From an uncultured Flavobacteriales bacterium (GTDB taxonomy: Bacteria; Pseudomonadota; Alphaproteobacteria; UBA8366; CAVOAK01), in contig CAYQNO010000013.1 of the NCBI GenBank assembly GCA_964419045.1, positions 3,808-67,807 of the forward strand: a stretch of DNA of 64,000 nt. The letters run 5' to 3'. Shown one piece after another: positions 22,978-33,730 of the stretch. How positions within the stretch are numbered: the first letter of the stretch is position 1; each line of letters opens with the position of its first letter. The position numbers and the translations under genes were made by a program. Below the pieces are notes generated by a model, which ran no database searches, was not told the origin of the DNA, and worked only from the letters and a program-made list of their open reading frames with translations.

Positions 22978-23119
22978 TTTTTAGTCCGATTTTCTAGTCA
23001 ATATGAAATTTTGGTAGTCGTAGTTTACAATCCTATCGTTAATAACAGCATTAATTACACACGCGAGGCTTCTTCGAATTTTGTCCACTGATTCCAGCTT
23101 CAACCTTCAATTAATTTGT

Positions 23120-23983
23120 TTAAGCTTTTTGCTGAGCTAATAGACCAGGCGAGTCAGTAACTCGCATAGAGTCAGAATCATAAATGATTCTCTCCTGCCC
23201 AGCCAATGCAACAAAACGCGTCCCTCTAGCGCGACCGATTAGTGTAAGGCCCGCCTCAACCGCCAATTCGACTCCCCAAGCGGTGAATCCCGAACGCGAA
23301 ATCAGGATAGGAATTCGCATTTGGACGCATTTTATTACCATTTCCGAGGTGAGACGCCCCGTCGTGTAAAAAATTTTTTCTTCTGGATCAATTTTATTCA
23401 ATGTCATATACCCAGCTATTTTATCAATTGCATTATGACGCCCGACATCTTCCATATAAACTAACGGTCTATCAGCTTCGCAAAGAACACAACCATGTAT
23501 TGCTCCTGCAGAGAGGTATAGTGACGGAGAGGTATTAATTTTCTTCGTAATACTATAAAGCCAAGTTGTCCTCAGCACTGCCTCGTTCGATAGTTCAATT
23601 TCCTCAAATTTTTCCATGAGGTCACCGAACACTGTCCCTTGCGCACAACCAGATGTTAGTGTTTTCTTTTTTAATTTTTCTTCAAAGTCTGTCTGCCGTT
23701 CGGTGCGAACAATCACAGTATCGATTTCATAGTCTATATCAACGCTGGTAATCACATCATCCAAAAGTAGCATGTTCTGGTTAACGAGATAGCCTACTGC
23801 CAGATATTTCGGATAGTCGCCAATAGTCATGACCGTGACTATTTCCTGGCCATTAAGGTAAACCGTCATCGGCCTTTCCACTACAACTGACGTTTCCAAC
23901 GGGCTACCTTCTTGGTCTGTGCCCGCTACACGCTTGGTAAGTCGCTTGTCATCTGGGTTTGGCCTAATGGTAAACTCTTTCAT
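23120..23983 (-). CDS. fdhD: Formate dehydrogenase accessory sulfurtransferase FdhD
   Basis: TSGCAQG, GAIHGC, EDVGRHNAIDK, TTGRLTSEMV. ATG 23983 preferred (track starts at GTG 24022). Confidence 0.92.
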   Translation of the reverse strand: MKEFTIRPNPDDKRLTKRVAGTDQEGSPLETSVVVERPMTVYLNGQEIVTVMTIGDYPKYLAVGYLVNQNMLLLDDVITSVDIDYEIDTVIVRTERQTDFEEKLKKKTLTSGCAQGTVFGDLMEKFEEIELSNEAVLRTTWLYSITKKINTSPSLYLSAGAIHGCVLCEADRPLVYMEDVGRHNAIDKIAGYMTLNKIDPEEKIFYTTGRLTSEMVIKCVQMRIPILISRSGFTAWGVELAVEAGLTLIGRARGTRFVALAGQERIIYDSDSMRVTDSPGLLAQQKA

Positions 23984-24197
23984 CCAGCTAATATGAAGTA
24001 AGCAGCCAAAGTCGGCAAGCACAGGCCCGTACCACTAATATCTCAATGTACAAATATCTTAGACAAAATCATAATTGAGGGGCTATCATAACTCGAGGTA
24101 GTTGTGGTACGGCACCGATCATGACATAAAGTATCACTCTGCCAATAAGGCAGGTTGTTGATATCTTCAATTGCCATTGCGGTTGAACACTCTGTCA

Positions 24198-24902
24198 ATG
24201 GACAACCTATCTCAAGCCATCAACGCAGCCGCGAAGCTGGTCATCACTTTTGATAGAGACCTCGTTGAAATTGTTGTGCTATCGCTCCGAGTTAGTCTAA
24301 CGGCGGTTGGACTCGCAGCTGTAATAGGTCTGCCTCTAGGTGCCGCGGTCGCTGTTCTCCGTTTTCCCGGTTCCCGCGCAGTTGTTGTCATCTTGAATGC
24401 GCTAATGGGTCTTCCCCCGGTTGTCATCGGTCTCGTTGTTTACCTCGCCCTGTCAAGAGAGGGTCCGCTGGGTGTCTTGGGGCTTCTCTTCACACCCACA
24501 GCTATGATCATTGCTCAAACATTGTTAACCGTGCCGATAGTAGCCGCATTAACTCGTCAAATTGTTGAGGATTTATGGTTGGAATACTCGGAGCAACTGA
24601 AATCTCTCGGCGCCTCGCCAATTCGCTCAATCAATACCTTGCTTTGGGACGGGAGATTTAGTCTGGTTACTGCAATTCTAGCAGGTTTCGGTCGCGCTTC
24701 TGCCGAAGTTGGGGCCGTTATGCTTGTCGGTGGAAATATCGATCATTTAACACGTGTGATGACGACAGCTATTGCTCTTGAAACTAGCAAAGGTAACCTC
24801 GCACTTGCATTGGGACTCGGGTTAATATTGCTATCGTTGTCCGTCATCGTAAACGGCGCAGTTTACTTGATCGGAGAAGCCGCACAGCGTGCCCAGGGAT
24901 GA
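24198..24902 (+). CDS. tupB: Tungstate ABC transporter permease TupB
   Basis: LMGLPPVVIGL, SREGPLG, FGRASAEVGA, VGGNI..TRVMTTAI. ATG 24198 preferred over TTG 24171. Confidence 0.88.
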   Translation: MDNLSQAINAAAKLVITFDRDLVEIVVLSLRVSLTAVGLAAVIGLPLGAAVAVLRFPGSRAVVVILNALMGLPPVVIGLVVYLALSREGPLGVLGLLFTPTAMIIAQTLLTVPIVAALTRQIVEDLWLEYSEQLKSLGASPIRSINTLLWDGRFSLVTAILAGFGRASAEVGAVMLVGGNIDHLTRVMTTAIALETSKGNLALALGLGLILLSLSVIVNGAVYLIGEAAQRAQG

Positions 24903-25621
24903 TGCAAAAAATTCTACCTTTGTGTGTTCAAGGACTAGCCTACCACGTAAAAGGCGAGGGACTCGTTAATAACCTTGATTTTGTCCTTGATGCCGGACCA
25001 ATGACCATAATTCTGGGTCCGAATGGTGCGGGGAAAAGTCTCACGCTACGAATGTGCCACGGCCTACTTAAGCCCACTTCCGGGAAAGTCTTTTGGCGTG
25101 GACATGAAGCAACAAACAGCGTTGCACGCCAACAGGCGATGGTATTCCAACGCCCGGTCCTATTGCGGCGCTCAATAATTGGCAATATCACCTATGCACT
25201 AGCCCTACGGGGCATAAACCGAACACAACGATTGGCGCGAGCCACCGAAGCTTTAGAAAGAACTGGGCTGGTAACACTGTCCTCCCGGATGGCGCGACGG
25301 CTATCTGCAGGTGAACAGCAACGTTTAGCCTTGGCACGAGCCTGGGCACTCACACCTCAGGTTCTGTTTCTTGATGAACCAACCGCCAACCTTGATCCTG
25401 CGGCAACGCGACAAGTCGAAGAAATAATCCATGCCATGCATAAGGCCGGAACCAAAATTATTATGACTACGCATGACATCGCACAGGCACAACGTCTTGC
25501 CGATGAAATATTGTTTTTGCATCACGGTAAATTGATTGAAAGGTCCGACTCCGAAAAGTTCTTTAATAAACCTATTACGAAAGAAGCTAGAACTTTCCTC
25601 AAGGGGGAATTGCTGTGGTAA
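24899..25621 (+). CDS. tupC: Tungstate ABC transporter ATPase TupC
   Basis: GPNGAGKS, LSAGEQQR, FLDEPT; overlaps tupB and tupA. Confidence 0.85.
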   Translation: MMQKILPLCVQGLAYHVKGEGLVNNLDFVLDAGPMTIILGPNGAGKSLTLRMCHGLLKPTSGKVFWRGHEATNSVARQQAMVFQRPVLLRRSIIGNITYALALRGINRTQRLARATEALERTGLVTLSSRMARRLSAGEQQRLALARAWALTPQVLFLDEPTANLDPAATRQVEEIIHAMHKAGTKIIMTTHDIAQAQRLADEILFLHHGKLIERSDSEKFFNKPITKEARTFLKGELLW

Positions 25622-26439
25622 GGCAAGTTATTGCAGTACTCGTTACTATTAATTTGGCTATATTTTCGGTTCATGCAAAAGATGATTTCATAACGCTAGC
25701 CTCCACTACATCCACTGAAAACTCTGGTTTATTTGGCCATATTCTGCCAATTTTTACTACTAGTACCGGGATTGCGGTTCGGGTTGTAGCCCGGGGAACA
25801 GGACAGGCTATTCAATTAGCGCAAAACGGAGATGCTGATGTATTATTAGTCCATCATCGGGAATCTGAAGAAAGCTTCATCAATGATGGATTTGGACTCG
25901 AACGTCGCGACGTTATGTACAATCACTTTATCGTAGTTGGACCTTTTAATGACCCAGCCTCAATTGAGAAAGTTGATAGTGTGACAGAGGCTTTTGCACT
26001 CATTGCGGGTGCGCGAGCATTATTTATCTCGCGTGGTGACGACAGCGGAACTCACTTGGCAGAACTAAAGATATGGAGAACCGCTGGTGTTGACTTTGAA
26101 ACTGCCTCAGGTACTTGGTACAGGGACGTGGGATCAGGCATGGGAACAACACTAAACATAGCATCCGCTAGCAACGCCTACTGTCTTAGTGATACGGCAA
26201 CCTGGATCGCTTTTAAGAATAAGGGACCTCTTAATATATTGGTCAAAGGCGACGAGAGTTTATTGAATCAATACGGGGTGATAGCCGTAAACCCTCAACG
26301 CCATCCACATGTAAATTGGGAAGGCGCAAAGCGCTTCGTTAACTGGCTTACCTCCGCCGAAGGTCAGACTGCTATAAACACATTCAAAATCGCCGACCAA
26401 CAGCTTTTCTTCGCAAACTCCACCACAGATACTAGATAA
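25615..26439 (+). CDS. tupA: Tungstate ABC transporter substrate-binding protein TupA
   Basis: STTSTENSGL, GTGQA, LVH, SRGDDSGTH motifs characteristic of TupA rather than ModA. Confidence 0.88.
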   Translation: MVRQVIAVLVTINLAIFSVHAKDDFITLASTTSTENSGLFGHILPIFTTSTGIAVRVVARGTGQAIQLAQNGDADVLLVHHRESEESFINDGFGLERRDVMYNHFIVVGPFNDPASIEKVDSVTEAFALIAGARALFISRGDDSGTHLAELKIWRTAGVDFETASGTWYRDVGSGMGTTLNIASASNAYCLSDTATWIAFKNKGPLNILVKGDESLLNQYGVIAVNPQRHPHVNWEGAKRFVNWLTSAEGQTAINTFKIADQQLFFANSTTDTR

Positions 26440-26564
26440 AAAATTGGGTACCATTTCCTATTCGAAACATAGAATTTTATATTTATCTATCCACTATAAT
26501 TTAATGCTAAGCTTACAACATACTATGAATTATATAATTACATAACCTTGGATAATAAAACTTA

Positions 26565-27557
26565 ATGATAGATCCATTCGATAGAGAGATTAATTATTTG
26601 CGCGTGTCGGTCACAGACCGATGTGACTTTCGTTGCGTCTATTGCATGTCGGAAGATATGACATTTTTGCCAAAGTCAGAGGTTTTGACGTTAGAAGAAC
26701 TTGACAGGTTATGTAGTGCATTCATTAGCCAGGGTGTGAGAAAACTGAGGTTTACCGGTGGTGAACCGCTGGTTCGTCGCAACGTTATGAGTTTGATCCG
26801 GAGTATGTCTCGTCATCTCAAGAGTGGAGAACTCGATGAACTTACCCTGACAACTAACGGCAGCTTGCTGCACAAATTCGCTAATGAGCTCTTTGACTGT
26901 GGCGTCAAACGTATCAATATCTCTCTTGATACACTTGATGCAGCTAAGTTTTCGAGCATTACACGTTGGGGCAATATCGACCGTGTTATGGACGGAATTG
27001 ACGCGGCAGAAACGGCAGGGCTCAAGATCAAGATAAATTGTGTGGCACTAAAAGGAATTAACGACGACGAAATTCATGATCTTGTGCGCTGGACTGGGGA
27101 TAGAGGGTTTGATTTGACATTTATCGAAGTTATGCCCATGGGCGATATTGGGGGTGAATCGAGACTTGAACAATATTGGCCACTAACAATGGTTCGCTCA
27201 GATTTAATGAACAAATGGTCACTGAGTGATATAGATCACAGTACTGGAGGTCCGGCACGTTACATGCGGTGCGCCGAGACAGGCGGCCAAATTGGCTTTA
27301 TTACGCCACTTACCCATAATTTTTGTGAGTCTTGTAATCGTGTTCGGCTAACATGTACGGGAACGTTATTCATGTGTCTTGGACAAAACGACGCGGCCGA
27401 TCTCCGAACACCACTGCGTGCAGGTGTAAGCAATGATTCGCTGATAAGAACTATACATAAGGCAATCGCTAATAAACCAAAAGGACATGATTTTGTCATC
27501 GACAGACGGAGCCATGAACCCGCAGTCACGCGTCATATGAGTGTCACCGGTGGATAA
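26565..27557 (+). CDS. moaA: GTP 3',8-cyclase MoaA
   Basis: [41 protein letters not shown]-terminal GG. Confidence 0.96.
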   Translation: MIDPFDREINYLRVSVTDRCDFRCVYCMSEDMTFLPKSEVLTLEELDRLCSAFISQGVRKLRFTGGEPLVRRNVMSLIRSMSRHLKSGELDELTLTTNGSLLHKFANELFDCGVKRINISLDTLDAAKFSSITRWGNIDRVMDGIDAAETAGLKIKINCVALKGINDDEIHDLVRWTGDRGFDLTFIEVMPMGDIGGESRLEQYWPLTMVRSDLMNKWSLSDIDHSTGGPARYMRCAETGGQIGFITPLTHNFCESCNRVRLTCTGTLFMCLGQNDAADLRTPLRAGVSNDSLIRTIHKAIANKPKGHDFVIDRRSHEPAVTRHMSVTGG

Positions 27558-27862
27558 CCCATAGTCACTCACCTAACAAAAATTAGAAGGTAAAGATACT
27601 TCCATTATGTGTGAGGTTCCCTTCTGCTGGCAGTCAGGCAAAGAGATTTACGTCTGTTGATGCACCATTCTCCAGCGGGCCTACAAATGAGTTAATCAAT
27701 TTGGTATGTTTATTGCTAGATAACTAATTCGGTAACTAGAATATATTTAAGAAATTGTATCAGATTTTACGATAAGAAATTCATTGACGCTTCTACTGGT
27801 ACTGATCAACGACACCGCTATACTGATATATTACTTAAACTACTAGGAATCCGGACTGGTAC

Positions 27863-28633
27863 ATGGCGAATAACAAGAAAATTGCTTTCACAGCATCCAA
27901 TACACCTGAGGCACAAAAAGCTAAACGATTCCTCAGTAAGATGGTGCCAAGAGTGGAGGAAAGCGAAGCCGATGTTATCGTCGCATTGGGTGGTGACGGA
28001 TTTCTCTTGCAGACCTTACATGACCATATGGGTGAACACGTGGCTATCTACGGCATGAACCAAGGGTCAGTCGGTTTTCTCATGAATGAATATAAAGCTG
28101 AAGGTTTGTTAGATCGTGTAAATAAGGCCCAACCGGTTGACCTTCATCCCTTGCGGATGGAAGCAGAGTGCATAGGTAATACTGTCCACGAGGCTCTCGC
28201 AATAAATGAAGTTTCCCTTTTGCGTGAAACACGCCTGGCAGCAAAGGTACGTATCTCGATAGATAATGTTGTGAGGATGCCAGAGTTAATCTGTGACGGT
28301 GTCTTAGTTTCGACGCCAGCCGGCAGCACCGCATATAACTATTCTGCCCATGGACCAATCGTGCCTGTCGATGCCAATATACTGTGCCTAACACCAATTA
28401 GCGTGTTCAGGCCTCGCCGTTGGCGTGGTGCCTTACTACCGCGCACGGCGACGGTACTTATCGAAGTACTGGAGGCAGAAAAGAGACCCCTTAGCGCAGT
28501 CGCCGATACAACAGAAGTCCGAGATGTCTGCAAGGTAACTATCCGTGAAGACCGTGACATTACACTAACAATGTTATTCGACCCTGAGCACAACTTCGAA
28601 GAACGTATCCTCAACGAACAGTTTGCGGATTAG
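27863..28633 (+). CDS. nadK: NAD kinase
   Basis: [25 protein letters not shown]. Confidence 0.93.
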   Translation: MANNKKIAFTASNTPEAQKAKRFLSKMVPRVEESEADVIVALGGDGFLLQTLHDHMGEHVAIYGMNQGSVGFLMNEYKAEGLLDRVNKAQPVDLHPLRMEAECIGNTVHEALAINEVSLLRETRLAAKVRISIDNVVRMPELICDGVLVSTPAGSTAYNYSAHGPIVPVDANILCLTPISVFRPRRWRGALLPRTATVLIEVLEAEKRPLSAVADTTEVRDVCKVTIREDRDITLTMLFDPEHNFEERILNEQFAD

Positions 28634-29525
28634 ACAACACGGCGCCGTCACTGTTGGTTGCTTTTTCGCGCGCATAAGAACAAACCACCCCCGCTAGTCG
28701 TGATAAATTAGACTTGAGTTCTTCAAACCCGTCATTTTGTTCGAACGTGCTCTCGTCCATATAGAGCGCACGACTGACTTCAATCTGGATGCTATGACGG
28801 CCCGCGGCAGGATTAGAGAATGCTCGCACCAGCTCAACACCTTTGTAGGGACTGTTAATCCGAACGCTATAGCCGAAGCTTTCCAGTGTTTTACAAATGA
28901 GAGAAGTAAACTCTGGTTCACATGTCGTCCCGTCCCGGTCGCCAAGAACAAATTCAGGTCGGCGAATTGACCTATTTCCTGGTGTGGCTGATAAACCAAA
29001 TGTAGGCATTGAATGGCAATTTACATGCCAAACGTGACCAAATTGATGATGCAGGCGGTCAAAAGATTTGCCAAGCGCTCCATGGTAGGCAAGATAATAG
29101 TTATCAATTCGCCGTCTAACCTCTTTGCCGGTTAATTTTCGATTGTAAATTTGTAAATCCGGTGGGCAGGTATACCATATCAGACCATGACCCTGACGCG
29201 TCTTCTCGCCTGGTAATAGTGGTTCCGGCCATGGCTCATCCAGCAATTCCTCATCCAGATCACACAGGGCTCTGTTTGGATCGATATAACTACGCGGAAA
29301 CAAAGCAGCTAGGAGAATAGCACCGTGATATGGCGCATCCCCGAACAGCTCATCCACGAACATATCCTCGGCACACCGTATCACTTCATCTGGCACAAGA
29401 TAGTCAAAGTCCTTTGGATAGGATTGCCCACTGTGAGGCGAATCGAATATTACTGGCGCGACCGGACCTTGTGCCCGCTCCACATAAAAAATACCCGAAT
29501 CAGTTCTCCGCAAACTATCCCTCAA
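28611..29525 (-). CDS. N-formylglutamate amidohydrolase family protein
   Basis: [36 protein letters not shown]. Confidence 0.88.
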   Translation of the reverse strand: MRDSLRRTDSGIFYVERAQGPVAPVIFDSPHSGQSYPKDFDYLVPDEVIRCAEDMFVDELFGDAPYHGAILLAALFPRSYIDPNRALCDLDEELLDEPWPEPLLPGEKTRQGHGLIWYTCPPDLQIYNRKLTGKEVRRRIDNYYLAYHGALGKSFDRLHHQFGHVWHVNCHSMPTFGLSATPGNRSIRRPEFVLGDRDGTTCEPEFTSLICKTLESFGYSVRINSPYKGVELVRAFSNPAAGRHSIQIEVSRALYMDESTFEQNDGFEELKSNLSRLAGVVCSYAREKATNSDGAVLSNPQTVR

Positions 29526-30037
29526 ATTCTATTGATAACTCTCATCAGTACGCTGACCAGTTACGGCAAATGATTATACATAAGGCTGTCCGAAGCAGAG
29601 TAATCCATTTTGTAGCTGCCGAATTCAACTAACAATAATCGGTATGCTACTCGAACACGTCCCAAGAGACTCGCGGAATACACTTCTCGTAGAATGTGTT
29701 CAACACTGTAAGCAGTCAAGTGTGTCTTTTGACAGAACGACAAGGTTGAATTTTCGTAGCTACTTTGACATCGTAATTGAAATTTTGTCGAAATTCGTAT
29801 TTTCGATGATAATTGACTTGGGCCTCTTAAGAGTAAAGTAACTAAGGTTGTGGCTATCAAACCTCATCAATTTCAGTTTCTTGTGATAGAAATTATAAAA
29901 TAGAATGGAACCGTCTCGGCCATTGATGGCTAGAATCCCATAGTAGCTATCAATAGTAACCACATATTAAAAGCGCTTTTGCGCCTGAAAAAAGTCATAT
30001 TTCGGTTAAATTTGTCCAGAATTTCAGTTAGATAAAC

Positions 30038-31120
30038 TTGTTGACCAAATCACTGAACATGCAGCAGCGGATGCTACGTATCATTTTAGCACTTGTAGTC
30101 GGAGTGTTTGGTGCCGGATTATTCGTCTATTGGCGTTTGCCATTACCCTGGTTATTAGGGTCAATGTGCGCATGTACTATACTTGCTCTACTCAAGGCTC
30201 CCGTGTTGCCACCGCTCCGGATGCGTCCGTTAATGATTGCCGTACTGGCAGTCATGTTAGGGAGTCGATTTGCACCAGACATCGTTGATCGTATGGGCGA
30301 TTGGATGCTCAGTATGGCTTTACTTACGCTCTACATAGCAATCGTAGCAGCTGTGACGGTCCCTTATTTACGTCGAGTTGCCGGTTATGATCGCGTTACC
30401 GCATATTTTGCTGCAATGCCTGGCGGAATGAACGAAATGGTCATCATTGGTGGGGAAATGGGGGGTGATGAACGTAATATAGCACTGGTGCATGCAACCC
30501 GTATACTGCTTGTTGTATTTATGGTGCCCTTCTGGTTCCAACTCATGAATGGAATCCAGATTGGAGATCGCTCTTCGTTCGGTATTTCATTTATTGAAAT
30601 TCCGTTAATTGACCATCTATTATTAGGCATTTGTATCGCTGTCGGATGGCCAATCGCCCGTAAAGCTCGAATACCCGCCCCCCATTTTTTCGGCCCATTA
30701 ATATTAAGCGCAGGTTTACACCTCTCGGGCTACACCAATTCCCAGCCTCCGAGCGAACTCGTAAATCTTGCACAACTAGTTATTGGTGCCAGCGTTGGTG
30801 CCCGGTTCGTCGGCACCTCAAGCCAGGAAGTCGTGAGAGCGATCGGATTCGGCATCGTAAACACGACTATTCTGCTCGGTATATGTGGTGTTTTTGCATA
30901 TGGATTACACCAATTTACTGGGATTGATATCCCAAGCATGGTTCTCGCTTACGCACCAGGTGGAATGCCCGAAATGAGTCTGATTGGTCTAGCACTGGGT
31001 CTTGATGTTGCATTCATCGTGGCACACCACGCAATGCGCGCAGTACTCATTTTCATTGGCACCCCGCTAGCATTTCGCTTTCTGGAGCGCAGAAGAAAAC
31101 TTAGAGATACCTTGAATTAG
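30038..31120 (+). CDS. AbrB/'putative ammonia monooxygenase' family duplicated membrane protein
   Basis: Two halves each with PxPWLLG/PAPHFFG and (A)PGGMxEM motifs; about 10 TM. Confidence 0.85.
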   Translation: MLTKSLNMQQRMLRIILALVVGVFGAGLFVYWRLPLPWLLGSMCACTILALLKAPVLPPLRMRPLMIAVLAVMLGSRFAPDIVDRMGDWMLSMALLTLYIAIVAAVTVPYLRRVAGYDRVTAYFAAMPGGMNEMVIIGGEMGGDERNIALVHATRILLVVFMVPFWFQLMNGIQIGDRSSFGISFIEIPLIDHLLLGICIAVGWPIARKARIPAPHFFGPLILSAGLHLSGYTNSQPPSELVNLAQLVIGASVGARFVGTSSQEVVRAIGFGIVNTTILLGICGVFAYGLHQFTGIDIPSMVLAYAPGGMPEMSLIGLALGLDVAFIVAHHAMRAVLIFIGTPLAFRFLERRRKLRDTLN

Positions 31121-31287
31121 ACTACTTTTATTATCTACTTCTTCTACAAATTTATAGCTACGGTGAACTTTGGATTTTATTGCTTAAACAACAAACATAA
31201 TACCAATTTTCCATCAAAGATAAGCTGACCATCAGTCGCAAGATTGGATATTTTATAAGTTTAAACAAAAATCAAATGCTTTTTGGC

Positions 31288-31428
31288 CTAATCAACAATA
31301 ACTAAATCAACAAACCAGATAATGACCAGAATCGCAGCATAAGCTGAACCACCATATAGCGCCGCTATTAGCAACACCTTCAAGTGAGACAGCAAACGTT
31401 CGAACACGCGTTTAATAAAATCGTCCAC
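31288..31428 (-). CDS. Possible 46-aa single-pass membrane protein
   Basis: Manual translation from GTG: MDDFIKRVFERLLSHLKVLLIAALYGGSAYAAILVIIWFVDLVIVD*; co-oriented, 40 nt after the AKR stop; no clear RBS. Confidence 0.3.
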   Translation of the reverse strand: MDDFIKRVFERLLSHLKVLLIAALYGGSAYAAILVIIWFVDLVIVD

Positions 31429-31468
31429 TAAATTTATTCTGACTACGACGAGCATAAAATTGTTTCAT

Positions 31469-32449
31469 TCAATAGGGATCGAACCCGGTTTCGTAAAGAC
31501 CTTCGAGCCTTGCTAAAGCTTCAACCGGTAATCCACCAGCGTCGGAGGCTGCCACAGCCTCCTCTATATGTGAAATTTCGCCCGGCCCAATATCGATACA
31601 GGATATGTCGGGGTTAGCTAAGATAAAACGCAATGCTGTTTGGGCAGGAGTTCCATAATCTTCCCCAAGAAGATCATTCACAGCGTGAGCCTTTCTGATT
31701 TCCTCCTCAGCGTAAGTGTGTTGGGTAATAATGATTGGACTTGCTGTTTGGTCGCCACTAGCAATAACCCCTGCTGCAACTGAGCGAATAACAATGACAC
31801 CCACGTCGTTCGATTTACAGCTGTCAATAAGTCCAGAAAAATTTTGACCGGTTGTTATACCTGAATAAGAATTTGCCGAGGTTGGGTTTATAATATTGTA
31901 ATACACCTGCGCGGCATCAAATCGGCCGCTTTCGATTACCTGGCAGCAGCTCTCGACATCACCAAGAGCAGTAAACCCAGTAAATTGAGTAAGGCCCTTT
32001 TCTCGCAAATCATCAAGGGCGTCAGCAACACCTCCAGGTTCAAGAACACTGTCTACCGCTACCGCACGCCTACTATTTTTATTTGCCACATGATTATGGA
32101 ACTGCAGTAAATCTACTGACTGTCGTTGCAGGCGCTCGAGACTTTGGCGGGTATTTCGTTCAATGGCAGCGGGAATATCCGACATATCTCCAGGCATAAG
32201 TCGAACCTTGGTCGATACAAAAGGAGACTCGTTTACTTCTTTAAGTAGTCGGCCTAAGTTTACCTCTGACTGTCCGTTACCATAGGAGCCGGCGGTATCA
32301 AACCAGTTGATTCCAAGATCCAGAGATCGGCGGATGGCGGCACGCTTAATTGCATCTTCGGCTCGGATCATGAGACCACCGACATTGCCACAGCCAAAAA
32401 TTATCTCAGAAACATCGAGTCCTGTTCGTCCAAGTTGCCTAGTTCGCAT
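31469..32449 (-). CDS. Aldo/keto reductase
   Basis: MRTRQLGRTG..VSEIIFG, GINWFDTA..YG, STK, VDLLQFH. ATG 32449 preferred. Confidence 0.9.
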   Translation of the reverse strand: MRTRQLGRTGLDVSEIIFGCGNVGGLMIRAEDAIKRAAIRRSLDLGINWFDTAGSYGNGQSEVNLGRLLKEVNESPFVSTKVRLMPGDMSDIPAAIERNTRQSLERLQRQSVDLLQFHNHVANKNSRRAVAVDSVLEPGGVADALDDLREKGLTQFTGFTALGDVESCCQVIESGRFDAAQVYYNIINPTSANSYSGITTGQNFSGLIDSCKSNDVGVIVIRSVAAGVIASGDQTASPIIITQHTYAEEEIRKAHAVNDLLGEDYGTPAQTALRFILANPDISCIDIGPGEISHIEEAVAASDAGGLPVEALARLEGLYETGFDPY

Positions 32450-32490
32450 AACATCGTCCCTTTTAGAACGAGCTTGTTGCTTCCATGATC

Positions 32491-33477
32491 TCAGTTCCAC
32501 AATTGTTGTGCTAGGCGCAACCAGTTCTCGCCAAGGACACCGCGGATGTCAGTCTCCGAATAACCCGCCTCGATCATATCTTGTGTGAGGCCTGGTAGAT
32601 CTTCTGGTTCTATCTGTTCTATCGGTCGAGGATTATATTCAGGATTATAGGGTCCAGGATTATTGTATTGGTTGTCGTAAACATAATCGAGTGCAAGACC
32701 TACGTGCTGCGGACCAATTAGTTGTGCTATATGGTCAATATGTCGGAAGAGTGCTTTGGTCGTTAATTCACCTTTCTCGCAAACCACAGGCCCAAATCCC
32801 ACAACTCCAATTACTCCCCCAGAAGCTCCGCAAGCCTTGATCTGTTCATCTGGTACGTTGCGGCTATGGTCCTTAACTGCGCGACAATTTGCATGGCTTA
32901 TGATTACCGGTCCTTCGGCCGCCTCAAACACATCCATAGCAGTTCGATGCCCAGTATGAGCAACATCTACAAACATTCCGACGCGGCGCATTTCTGTTAT
33001 AAGATTGTGACCAAACCGACTTAGACCTCCGTCTGTTACCTCTTGGCAACCATCGCCCACTGCATTTTTCAGATTGTAGCACATTAGCATATGGCGGATA
33101 CCAAGCTTGTAGAATGTCTCGACCATATTGAGGTCTTGCGCTACTGGGTTGGTTCCTTGAAAATGAAAACCTACAGCTAACAGGCCTTCTTTTTTTGCTT
33201 TTAGGATGTCTTCGGCCGATTCAATAACTACATAGTTATCTGCATTTTCTCTGAACCAAGAGTGCTCCCTTGCAATAGTCTGCACAGCCTCTTCCATAGT
33301 ATGATAATCAATGGCAAGTGTGAGCGAAACCATGTTGAAACCGTTAGCTTTCATTCGCTCTAAGGCTTCCCACTTAAGAGTGGAATTACCGTAGTCCAGG
33401 TATGGTAACGTCATATCCCAAACCAATGCATCGGCATGCAAAGCTGCCGCCTCTTCCGAAACGTTCCAATTACTCAT
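32491..33477 (-). CDS. M19 (renal/membrane dipeptidase)-like amidohydrolase with non-canonical metal site
   Basis: GGLSRFG, VDVAH, ISHAN, RNVPDEQI, GGVIG, GLALD; strong RBS GAGGAG before ATG 33477. Confidence 0.85.
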   Translation of the reverse strand: MSNWNVSEEAAALHADALVWDMTLPYLDYGNSTLKWEALERMKANGFNMVSLTLAIDYHTMEEAVQTIAREHSWFRENADNYVVIESAEDILKAKKEGLLAVGFHFQGTNPVAQDLNMVETFYKLGIRHMLMCYNLKNAVGDGCQEVTDGGLSRFGHNLITEMRRVGMFVDVAHTGHRTAMDVFEAAEGPVIISHANCRAVKDHSRNVPDEQIKACGASGGVIGVVGFGPVVCEKGELTTKALFRHIDHIAQLIGPQHVGLALDYVYDNQYNNPGPYNPEYNPRPIEQIEPEDLPGLTQDMIEAGYSETDIRGVLGENWLRLAQQLWN

Positions 33478-33730
33478 TACCCCTCCTCGGCCCATCATAT
33501 AATAAGCCTAATCATACGAAATTATGGTCCTTTTAATTAGACAACCTATTAGCAGTCAAATGTGGCAAACATTGATAGCATCCCATAAAACATTGTCACC
33601 CTTAAATTCATGGTTTGAGCATATTTAGCCAATATGATGCCAAAATAATTACAAATACCTGTTAATTGTCGTAAGGATGTTAATCTTAATTTAGTTAATG
33701 AAACTAAGTAGCAGGCACCTGCAATAACAA

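Noticed and set aside
29561-29963. Short overlapping ORFs and possible ncRNA in the spacer between the amidohydrolase and AbrB genes
   Set aside because: ORFs conflict on both strands with no motifs; I found no convincing 6S, tmRNA, RNase P or riboswitch hallmark.
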